Assembly (NCBI RefSeq): GCF_030144855.1
Contig: NW_026779273.1
Coordinates: 1 to 64,000, forward strand
Reading direction: 5' to 3'
DNA: 64,000 nt
Source of the DNA: Hypanus sabinus
Taxonomy: Eukaryota
Shown: piece after piece, positions 50,783 to 61,429 of the stretch
Position numbering within the stretch: position 1 is the first letter of the stretch
Layout: each line of letters opens with the position of its first letter
Program-made: the position numbers and the translations under genes
Notes under the pieces: generated by a model
Database searches by the model: none
What the model was told of the DNA's origin: nothing
Seen by the model: the letters and a program-made list of their open reading frames with translations, nothing else

Positions 50783-52918
50783 TTTTCAACTTGGACAGTT
50801 TCCTCCAAGTGGAAGGGCGTTCGGAACGAACAACCTTTTGAATTCCTTGTCAGAGTGAACGGACGAAGCTCCGCCCCTCAACCATACGTCAGTGAACAGC
50901 GACACTGTGAGCTTTGAGTTTGAATGGTGTCTGGATCAATCCATTTGCAGTTTCGGATGTCAGTCTAGAGGCCGGGCCCCATTCCAAGTTCAGCAGGGCA
51001 ACCGGAGCTGTCCCTTCAGTCCTGGACACCACAATCTATCTTCAGTGTCACAAATTGAGTCATCGTATCGTTTTGGGAGGCGCAGAGGGGAATATAAACA
51101 GAGAGGTACGGATTATGTTCAGCAGAAAGACAGATTAATTTTGTATATGATGGTCCAGAGTGCTTTTCCCGTGTTATTCATGAATTGCAAATAGCGGAGC
51201 AGTAGAATATGCATTACAGACGCTGACCTCTCGGCTCAAATGTTTATGGCTTGAGAGGTGTAGATGGTAGCGTCGTATACTAGTGCATTACTGAAACAGA
51301 CGCTTCGGTCCAACTGGCAACCTCCTACAAGTAACTTCAGAAGTCCCGTCATGCAAGCTATAATCATGCCAGCAATTCGGCAAGGACGACGATTGCACTG
51401 GAAATTGAAAGCGTATAGCACGGGATTCTCCAGCAGGCAGCAAACTCAGCGCGGCAGAAGTGGTTACGTGGCAACGAAACACTTGGATGCGAGTCAGATT
51501 TCGAGAATGGGATTAACAGGGCAAGCAAGCTGTTTACTCTGCGACCCCGCAGCTGGGACTTGGCAAAACCAAAGTCTTGTGTAGAGTGCCACCCTGCGGC
51601 CTCGATAGGAATAACCCTAACACAGCGACTTGTGGAAAGGAGAAAGTCACGACTACTACGGGATTATTCGGCCGAATTTGATGGTGCTGCGACAGAATCG
51701 ACTACTAACCCCACCAACCCTAACCCTAACCTGTCTCTCTGAATGCCCGCAGTTAAGTAACTGTCAAGGTTGCCTATGGAGCCATATACGTACTTTGATA
51801 ATAAATTTATTTTGACAGGGACATTGACTTTATTGTGGCATGTAAAACCTCCCGGAGCATAGACAAGATGCATAATCATTATTTCCCCTGGGTAGGAGGG
51901 ATTAAAATTAGATAATTACATACATCTGTTTATGTTTATGCTCAAATAAAGTCAGATACGCGGAATGAGTTGCTGGTAAAAGTAGTCGAGGAGGGTAAAC
52001 CTACAACATTCGGGCAGGTACAGAGCTGGTAAAGCTTCATGGATGCATCGAGTAAACTGAGGCAAATAGAGTTAAATTACACAGGACCCCGTAGTACCAG
52101 AACAGAGGGCGCTCTAAGAAAAAAGCGTCGGCATTGACTTCTGGTTGGGAAGATGCCGTTCAGCCACCCAGTCACCGCATCACACATGACCGCGTGTTGT
52201 GGACCACCGGATTCATGTCTCACGTACGCTGACTGTACTTGCCTCCATCTCGCACTGAGCTCTCACATGAAGCAGAAACATCAAAGATCCAGGTGCAGTC
52301 TGTGCAATTATATTCAAGATATCATCTCAGGAGACCGATCGAACGATGGATACAGGTAGGCACATCGATCGCAAACCACAGGCAGGTAAGAGACAGATGA
52401 ATAACTCTCTAGATTTGAGATTGTCCGTCAGCGGTTATTCCGTTTTTACGTGAAGTCCAACGCATAAAACATCCATCACGATAAGGTCCTTTGAAATGCT
52501 TCTCCCTGTTTCCAAGCAACGTCTTTCAATGGAGGAGGGGCTGGTGTGCCGTTGTCTGCAATTAAATGAAAGGTGCCATCAAAAGAGACGGACAGAAAGA
52601 CGGATAAAGGTAGAAAATAGGTAGGTTTTACAGGCAGACAACAGGAAGTTAAGAGAGATAATTAACTCTCTAGTTTTAATGGATCGATGAAGGCGACTCG
52701 GAAGTTTAGACCCGGGACCCAATCTCTTCATGGGCTGTGAGAAGTATCGTTCCGTTCCCTGTTTCCGATCATCGCCTTTCAGCGGAGGGAAGGGCCGGTG
52801 AGCCAATCGCAGACAATGTGGTGGGGGGGCTGGAAGTTCACCCTCAGCCTTTAGCAACCGTCTTTCCCCGATTCACCTTCAAGACAGGTTTGACTCGTTG
52901 TCTCTTCATCTCGAGTGA

Positions 52919-53725
52919 ATGATGTTCCTGGTACTATCACTGGCGGCCTTTTTCCATCGTAAGGGAACTTAACAGCTTTTTTATTGATTCATCTTCCCCT
53001 TGCTCTCCTTTTGTCTTTCTCGCATATTCACAGCAACTTTTCGTTTATTTTTTTTCCTTCTTCTTGGACCCCGTCCTTTTAACCTCTCTCCCCCGCTCTC
53101 GCTCTCTCTCCCTCTATCTCTCTCCCTCTGTCTCTTTCTATCTGTCTCCTTTTCTCCNNNNNNNNNNNNNNNNNNNNNNNNNNNNNNNNNNNNNNNNNNN
53201 NNNNNNNNNNNNNNNNNNNNNNNNNNNNNNNNNNNNNNNNNNNNNNNNNNNNNNNNNNNNNNNNNNNNNNNNNNNNNNNNNNNNNNNNNNNNNNNNNNNN
53301 NNNNNNNNNNNNNNNNNNNNNNNNNNNNNNNNNNNNNNNNNNNNCCGTCATGCCGTCTCCCTTTTACTCCATCTCATCTCTGCGTCCGGTGATCTTTATT
53401 GAATAACTTCTTCCCGCGTTCTATTACCAGATGCGAATTCGGAGATTATGCGCCAGACCCCCGCCGTTGTTTCTCAGCCTCTCGGCGAGGCGGTGACACT
53501 CCAATGCATCAGTGAGGACGGCAGAATTTCTCAACTATACTGGACAGGCAGAACCCGGGGAAGGAGCCGCAGAACCTATTCTACACCATGGCTGCTCGAA
53601 GCGTGGCCCAGGACACCGAGGTGGAGGGGTTCACTGCCAACCGGCCGATTAACGGCGCCTTCACTCTGAGCGTCTCTCGCCTGCAGCTGAACCACACGGC
53701 CACATATTTCTGCGCTCGCAGTCTG
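52919..53725 (+). pseudogene. TRBV: TCR beta-like V segment V-N, frameshifted; paralog of V-F
   Basis: Leader 52919-52958 (MMFLVLSLAAFFH). V exon 53431-53725 has a 1-nt deletion after TGG (53543/53544); the rest reads RQNPGKEPQNLFY..ATYFCARSL. RSS CACAGCG + 22 bp + AGAAAAACT at 53726-53763. Confidence 0.9.
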
Positions 53726-54049
53726 CACAGCGACTGACGACGATGGAGGACCCGAGAAAAACTCACCAGGGCAGTTGGTGGCGACATTAATTCACATTGA
53801 AAGCGAATACTTCACAGTCTGAAAGGGAAAATTCAGACAGCGGCACGGCAAAGTCGGAAAGCAGCAAGATGCCGAGAGAAATGATTAGTCCCGTATTCTT
53901 AGATACGTCGGATCCACTTACGGTCGCAAGCCCCGTTGCTTTCTCACGGGCTGTTCTGAACCCCTCTGCCAATTACATACAGGTTGCTGGTTGACCTCAT
54001 GGGTTGGCCTTCATTATCTCCTTTCTGATCCTGAGGATGATCCGAGATT

Positions 54050-54065
54050 GCTGCAGAGGGCGCTA
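54050..54065 (+). promoter_or_regulatory. Putative CTCF site
   Basis: GCTGCAGAGGGCGCTA, ~290 bp downstream of the V-N RSS. Confidence 0.55.
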
Positions 54066-56529
54066 TTGAGCCGCGAATGCAGAATCCTCGGTCGGAACAG
54101 CACCTGCGTTTTGAAAACCTTGCGCTGAATCTGGCGCCCTGAATTATTTACTAACATCTGGTGCAGGATTTAAGGCTCCCATATCTCCATCCCAACTGTA
54201 GCGAACTTAACCTGGGATGGATGGCATAATCCATGATGATTGATGCCGCTTGCTGTTGAGGGAAGGGAGAAAGAAGAAATAATTGTGCGCGTGCGTGGAA
54301 AAGTTTCTACGTCCTTCACTTGAGGACGTGGGTTTCCTCCGGGTGTTCCGGTTTCCACTCAAGTGATCAAAGTAGCGGTTAGTAGGTTCATTGTACTGTG
54401 ATTAGGGAACTGTTAAAATAGACTGGTTACAGGGCGACTTGACTCGGTCAGTCGGTAGGAACTGTTCTGTGCTTTACGTCCAGATTAAAACCTCGGAACA
54501 CGACGCTTTCTGGCTCCCCGCACAGGCCCGGAGAGCTCATTACAGGCTGTAAAGTGGCTCGTGCTGCTGCCGTCTCGTTTATCCAGCTGGCGGTGTTTTA
54601 TCGCGACAGCCCCAAAATGCCCAGAGTTGCGCATGCATTACGAGTTCTCTCTGTCATCATACGTGTTCTCTCTGCGTGCTGTGGTATTTTTATCGGACAA
54701 TAAGCCGCCTCTCTGCTGCCCGGTTACCTGGACCGTGGACATTGACTTTACTTTCATAGGCATTTCAAGGTGAATTTCGCGTTAAAGTTTAATTTTAATT
54801 GTTACTAAAACAATTATCGATACCCATTATTAGAGCCAAACGAGACAGTGTAACTCCGGGGCCAGGATGACAGCCACAGTACCATCAATCACACAAAGCA
54901 CAGGGCGAAATACTGTCACCTGAAATATATATTCTAACAGTCACGTGTTCATGGATGTTGCAGCAACCTGCCGTCCGACACAATACAACGTTTTGTCTGC
55001 CGGTTGGACGCTAGGGCGCAGCATCGACTGAAACCTGGACGCCGCACCACACTGACTACGGTGGAGCTTACGGACTCCGACGCTTCTCTGCTGGTCGGCA
55101 GTCAACGGGCGTCAACGTGGCTTCAGGCCGAGTCCATTGTCCTACCGAGGCCACGGAGCATCCGCGCTGTTTGCTCCTACGGTCTGCTGATAAATCAGCG
55201 AAACCTATTTTGCTGCCTTCCACGTTAGCATTGTCCTACAGGACACCAGAAAGCGGTGATCGCTGTACGTCTGCTCATCTCCCTCGGGCACCGATACATC
55301 CGGCTCCTCTCTGACACAGGCCTCACCACGTCCTGCTCCTTCAGTTTCTCTGTCAAGAGCTACACGCTCATGGGGTGGACCTGATTTTCCTGAAATAATA
55401 ATGTCCCGTAGGGTCTTCCGTACCGGAAACGAACAAAGAAGTTTTAAAAGTAGAATATGGAGGCCTTCTGCCGCCCATCCACGTCATGCGTCGACATCCG
55501 TGCAAATCTTCTGACTTCTACTCTTGAAATGTGTGGTTGCTTGAGTATCCACAAGGGGAGCTGACTCAGGAAGGCAACGACCACCATGAAAGAACCCCCC
55601 CCCCCCCCGTCCCACCAGCACCATCCGGTCTGTGCCTTCTCCCCGCACCTCCCACCGGGCAGGAGGAAGAGAATTGAAGTCCCTACACCACATCGTTCAG
55701 GGGCGACTTCCCTTCAACCATCCGGTTCCTGAACCGACCGGCCCAGCCCGGATCGATCCCTCAGTACAGCGAAACTGTGACCACTTGGCAAAAAGGTGGA
55801 CTTTGTTTCCGATGCCTCCTGTACCAAAAAAGTGGCCACTGCCTGTCTGGCGCTTTTCTTCTGCCGCCCGAGCCCATCCACTTCCTTAAAACAACCAGCG
55901 TAATGAAAGATCCCAGACACCACTCGAGCAGCTTCTCTCCCGTTTGACTTCCGACTCTCCAACGAGAGGAGTCTGCAATAATGTGGACTCTCCGCATCAC
56001 AACCTACCCAATTATGGCCCGTATGGTCCGGTTTCTCTGTTTAACTCCATACTCGTGGCACCACAAGCTACCCTGAGATTAATTTCCGGGTATTTACAGC
56101 AGATGCGTTAAAATAAACCAATAGAGCCCATGAAAAAAGATGGACAAAAAATTTGTAAATGAAGGCAAACTGTGGAAAGACACAATAAGCAAACAACGTT
56201 AAATATGTACGTAATATCATTGAGATCAGAGTCTGTGAAAAATTTAAAGAGATTCCCTATGTTTCCAAACACTCAGATACTGAGCTGAGTGACGTTGCCA
56301 ACACTGAGTCAAGAGCCGGAGCCAGTGAGAATAACTTCACTCACCTCAACACTGAAGGAAACAAGATGGCGGCTACACTCCGCCTTGCTCTGCGGTCATG
56401 GCGAAGGCCGATTACTTTCTGGCAAGGAATTGATTCCCGGATCACGGAATTGTAAGAAAGTAACTAGCAGCTCTAATCTGGTAATGCATTTATTTGGGGT
56501 CATTAACGGAGTATTTGGAAACTAATTCC

Positions 56530-57010
56530 TATTTTTATTCCTGGGATGTCCGGACTGTTGGACGCAGAGAGGTTAGAGAGACTGGGCTTGTACACTCTGG
56601 AATTAAGGTGATTGAGTCGGGATCTGATTACAACATGTAAGATGATTAAGGGATTGGACAAGACAGAGGCAGGAAATACGTTCCAGATGCTGGGAGTGTC
56701 CAGTACCAGACGGCATGGTTTAAGAATAAGGGGCAGGTCATTTAGGATAGAGTGAAGGAAAAACTTCTTCTCGCAGAGAGTTGTAGGGGTGCGGAATGCA
56801 CTGCCTCAGAAGGCAGTGGAGGCCAATTCTCTGGATGCTTTCAAGAAGGAGCTAGATAGGTATCTTATGGATAGGGGTGTCAAGGGATATGGGGACAAAG
56901 CAGGAACGGGGTATTTACAGCAGATGATCAGGAATGATCTCAGAATGGGGGTGCAGGTTCGAAGGGCCGAATGGTCTACTTCTGCACCTATTGTCTATTG
57001 TCTATTGTTA
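56530..57010 (+). mobile_element. 5'-truncated CR1 inserted upstream of the V-O promoter
   Basis: Same family as 15036-15615; (ATTGTCT)n tail. Confidence 0.88.
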
Positions 57011-57249
57011 TTTCCTCTCAGCTTGGAATCATCCAAACTTGCCTATAGCACATGCGTGGAACTCGGGTCTCATCACAACTTGTCAGCACTGTAAACCGCT
57101 CCAAAGAGGCAAATATATTTGCGGAAGTGACACGATTGCCACGGAGCCAATGGGAGAATTGCTTTCTCAGGCCACGCAGATAGACTTCCCCGTGAGCTGA
57201 AACGGAACATCACTCGATTCCACACAGCGGAGGTATCCTCGCGCTGTAA

Positions 57250-57819
57250 ATGATGCTGACGGCCAGGCTTTGCATTCAGCTGATCGTGGCGGTGATCCCG
57301 CGTAAGTTAAAATCGCAGGTCTGGGGTCAGGTGGTGTAAAATGCCCTTTGTGGAACGGCGAGGTGCAGTATCGAACGTGGTTCTTCTTGGTAGATTTTCT
57401 CCCCAAGAGGCCAATGATTTGATGTCTCCCTTTTAACAAATGACAAAGTACTTTATGACAGATAAATATGTAACGCGCTTGTCAGAGTGACCCCCTGTGG
57501 GGTCCTTCAGTTCTGCCACGAAGCTCTGAGAGGATATCGGGGGTTTCTTGTAGGATGCGAGGGGAATTGAACTCAGAACAAATGTGTGCTTGTTAAACGG
57601 CATTTTACCCCGGTTCCTCACTGCGGTTCGATGGATCAGCTTTTGCCCGAGTTCGAGTACGTGTGCATCAGCGCCTTCGTGCGTTTGGGTGTCTCATCTC
57701 ACAGCAGTTCGTTGTGTTGGTCGCAGAGCGGCCGGTGTCTTTCGAGAGTACAAGCCCCTTCTCCGCAGTCATTGTGTTTGCTTGTCAGCGCTACAAGAAA
57801 GAAAAAGGTGGGCGGGGGA

Positions 57820-57876
<57 letters not shown>

Positions 57877-58402
57877 GTTGAGTTAGGCTGTTCAGCCCAT
57901 CGAGTCTGACCCACCATTCGGCCATGGTCATCGGGTGAGGATCGTACATCACGCCTATTGCACATCGCACAACAGTGCGAATCTCCGGGTTAATCGGAGA
58001 GTGGCCATGGTCTGTCGATAACACCAAACTCTTCCATCTGTCTTGCTTCCGCGCCCTTTGATGATCAATTGAGAGAAATTGGAGTCTAATCTGATTTCTG
58101 TCCCACAGGGATTCTGACCGCCTACGTGGAGCAATCGCCTTCCTCCCTGTCAGTCGCAGAGGGAGAGCCGGCCACTCTCTCGTGTACGCTGCTGAATACG
58201 GGCTATCCAAGTATGTACTGGTACAGACAGCGATCCGGCCGGACAATTGATGTTCTCTTCTATTCTGCTGGGCAAGGTTTAGCTATGAACTACACATCTG
58301 ATTCCTACGCGGCGACAAGACCCAGCGATACACTGTTTAAACTGGAACTGAGGCGGGCATCGTCCTCCCACTCCGCCGTCTACTTCTGCGCTTGTAGTAG
58401 CG
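57250..58402 (+). CDS. TRBV: TCR beta-like V segment V-O, intact
   Basis: Leader 57250-57301 (MMLTARLCIQLIVAVIP, GT donor). V exon 58109-58402: ATLSCTL..MYWYRQ..LFYSAGQG..YAATRPS..SAVYFCACSS. Confidence 0.93.
57822..57872. repeat. (GA)n microsatellite in the V-O intron
   Basis: Perfect dinucleotide run. Confidence 0.96.
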
Positions 58403-58441
58403 CACAGAGCTTGAAGTAAAGGGTCTCTCAGTACAAAAACC
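58403..58441 (+). other. 23-RSS of V-O
   Basis: CACAGAG + 23 bp + ACAAAAACC. Confidence 0.93.
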
Positions 58442-58480
58442 TTCCTGTTTATCACAGGGTTGTTCAGAGTTCATGATACA

Positions 58481-58496
58481 CCACTAGGAGGCAGCA
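58481..58496 (+). promoter_or_regulatory. Putative CTCF site beside the V-O RSS
   Basis: CCACTAGGAGGCAGCA, 39 bp beyond the nonamer. Confidence 0.72.
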
Positions 58497-58777
58497 AAAC
58501 AGCCGCATTTTGACGGGAATCTGAGATGTCGGGTCGTGAAAACTGTCCTATCATCGGGCAGAGACTTTCATTCGCAAGGTTTCTTGTGCTGTTAGCATTT
58601 CCGGATACACTGCAATTCAACCATTGCGCTGTCGAATAGAACGGCGTGGTAATCAACGCTCAAACTCTACCACCCTATCCCTTGGAAATGATGCGGCGGT
58701 TACTTCCACGTCCTTGAACGCTTTATCTATTTCTATTGCAGTTAACAAGAATTACATCAACATGTAATAATTCAAGT

Positions 58778-58781
<4 letters not shown>

Positions 58782-58846
<65 letters not shown>
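58782..58846. repeat. (GA)n/(GACA)n microsatellite
   Basis: Direct observation. Confidence 0.95.
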
Positions 58847-59466
58847 AGGGAAGAAACAACGAAAGTGAATTTATTTTCAACGTAAGTGCAGCTTTCCACA
58901 TGATACACCGAGATTCGATTTGAGACAGGCACTCACAGTATAATAAATAAATACAATAGAATAAATGGGGAAAAAGAAATCACACACAATTATAGAAAAT
59001 GAAGCAGCACTGTGCACTGGCTCTTCCTCCACGCTCTGTACTTACTGGCGCTTTGAATCAGCTGACGTGAAATGTCACTATCATCTGCTGTTCCCCGCAA
59101 ACCTTCCGTCTGTCGCGGCCGTTCCCCTCCATACCACATCCAGGCGGCTTTTCCCCATTCGCTTCCTGTCTCAGCCCTACAGACACCATTTGTCCTCTAA
59201 TCTTCTCTTGTCCTTTCCTACCGCTTCTCAAACAGGCCGCTTATTTTGTGGGTCTGGTGAAGTGCCGTTTATTTTCTGCAATCGACGCGAAACACGCTTG
59301 AAGCTCTTCTATGGTTGCGTATTCCCTGCCCTCGGGAACATTGTCCAATCATTTTGAACCACCTTCCCATGGATGTGCGCTTCCCAGCTTCAAATCGTCC
59401 GAACGTATCTGCATTGCCTGAACTCACTTCGGGCATCATCGTCAGTCCGAAGGCGTTCACCGTAGC

Positions 59467-59479
59467 GGAAGTGACGTCA
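59467..59479 (+). promoter_or_regulatory. Ets (GGAA) plus CRE decamer in the V-P promoter
   Basis: GGAAGTGACGTCA ~105 bp upstream of the ATG; matches the mammalian TRBV promoter decamer AGTGAYRTCA. Related motifs at V-B (6307-6319), V-O (57123-57135) and V-Q (~63472-63488). Confidence 0.75.
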
Positions 59480-59584
59480 TCTCCACAAAACAACGATAAT
59501 CTCGTTCCTTTATCAGACCACACAGATAGACTGTGTGAGAGCTGGCTCTGAGCTTCACATAGAGGAAATATCCTCATCCTGTAG

Positions 59585-60476
59585 ATGATGGTGCGGAGGA
59601 TTGTTTGCCTCCCGCTGATCGTGGCGATGATTCCAGGTAAGTACAAATCACAGATCTCGGGGAAAGGGTGTGGAACGACGTGTTTCAGCATCGCACGTGG
59701 TTAGACTTGGCAGATCTGGACATGAGGCCGAAGGTTTGATGCCTACCTTGCTACTCAGGAGCCGAATGTGAAAACGCCTTCCCACTGATAAATCCTTGCC
59801 GCGCTGGTCGAACAGACCCGATTGAAATTGCGCGTCTCCTTCGGTTTCGCTAAGCTCGGAAGGGGGTATCGGGATTACTCCGAGGGTGCGTGGGGTTCTG
59901 TGCCAAAATTGAAACAGGACGAAATGAGATTATGCTCAATGACATTTAACCCCGCTTCCTCACTGCGGTTCGAAGAGTCTCATTTTCTCTGAACTAGTGT
60001 GCATCTGTGTCAGGATGGTGTTTAGCGCAAATTTCACGGTGCAGAATAGTGTGAAACATCGGGTTAACCGGAGAGTGGACAGAATATTTTGGGAACGCCA
60101 GACCGTTCCTGCTGTCTAGATCACACGCGAGCTGATCAACAATTAAGGGAAATTGATGACTAACCGATTTTCTGTTTTACAGGGATTCTGACCGTGTTCG
60201 TTGACCAGTCGCCTTCCTCCTTGTCAGTCGGAGAGGGTGAGACGGCCAGCGTCTCGTGTACGCTGCTGAAAACGGACTATACACGAATGTATTGGTACAG
60301 GCAGCGACCCGGCCAGGCAATGGATTGTCTCTTCTATTCTGTTGGACAAGGTTCGGTTAGGAACGACACATCCGATTCCTACACGGCGACAAGACCCAGC
60401 CGCACTCTGTTTAAACTGAAACTGGGACGGTCCTCGGCCTCTCACTCCGCCGTCTACTACTGCGCTTGTAGTAGCG
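59585..60476 (+). CDS. TRBV: TCR beta-like V segment V-P, intact
   Basis: Leader 59585-59636 (MMVRRIVCLPLIVAMIP, GT donor). V exon 60183-60476 in frame, ending SAVYYCACSS. Confidence 0.93.
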
Positions 60477-60515
60477 CACAGAACTTCAGATAACGCGTCT
60501 CCCACTACAAAAACC
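60477..60515 (+). other. 23-RSS of V-P
   Basis: CACAGAA + 23 bp + ACAAAAACC. Confidence 0.93.
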
Positions 60516-60554
60516 TTCCAGCCTGCAGCAGGGAGGTTCAGTGGCCTTGTTGTA

Positions 60555-60570
60555 TCAGTAGGTGGCAGCA
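60555..60570 (+). promoter_or_regulatory. Putative CTCF site beside the V-P RSS
   Basis: TCAGTAGGTGGCAGCA, 39 bp beyond the nonamer. Confidence 0.68.
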
Positions 60571-61413
60571 ACAGACCGCGTTCGGCTGCTACTTTCTGTC
60601 ACGAACGGTCTGCACTCGGCTGCATTTCCGCGCATGCGCTTGCTATCTCGGATTTGACGGCAGGAAACCGGAGAGGGCCCTGCGCACAGCTCAGCACATC
60701 GCTCAAACGTCCCCTCTGTCCGTACACATCGTTACCTCAGTAAAGGAGCCGATGATAATGAAGGCTCCAGTCACCAATCCAGCAGGATATCTGCCTTCGT
60801 TCCCCTACTCTTATGCTCGAGGATGGGACAATAATGTGGATTCTCGACTTCACAATCCACCTCTCTGTAGTCCTGTTCACCCTCACTGCGGTTTTCTCTG
60901 GTGGTTTTAAACATTTTTGCTGAAACTTATTCTTCACCAGTACACTGTGATCTGCATGCAAGACCAGCTTTTCACTGTAACTCCAGCGAGGCAGCACGTG
61001 TAAACATATTCATTAATTTATCTTTCTCTATTTCAATTCAAAATGTTATGAATTGATCTCTGCGACAAGTTTTTCACCGCATAACTGCACAGGAATTCTC
61101 TGGGGCCAAACATTGTAATTCCAAATCCCTATCACTATACTCTATCAGTCCAGCCTTTGACCTTTCCTTTCAATCTGACTTCACCTATCACATTCCAGCT
61201 GTCCTTTAACTCATCCCGCAACTTTTATTTCAGGCATCGTTCTCCAACCCCCTTCCCGTGCACTTTTCACTCTCAGTCCTGATAAACGGTCTCGGCCGGA
61301 AGCATACGATGTTACACTTTACTATAAGGCCATCAAGAGCGCTGGAGCACTAGTTTCCGGCCACAGTAAAAACTTTCCACCTATTCACCAAAAGATGTGG
61401 AATCGGCCTTTAG

Positions 61414-61429
61414 CCACTTGGGGGCATCA
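61414..61429 (+). promoter_or_regulatory. Putative CTCF site
   Basis: CCACTTGGGGGCATCA; mirror of the 4724 site. Confidence 0.6.

Larger units (their letters stand above)
49600..52370. repeat. Right copy of the inverted duplication (partner ~16680-19475)
   Basis: Reverse complement of the V-E block; contains V-M. Confidence 0.9.

Noticed and set aside
56366-56455. Short ORF MAATLRLALRSWRR.. as a small protein or alternative leader
   Set aside because: About 30 codons, not hydrophobic, no convincing in-phase donor; better explained as a non-coding element with a YY1 motif.
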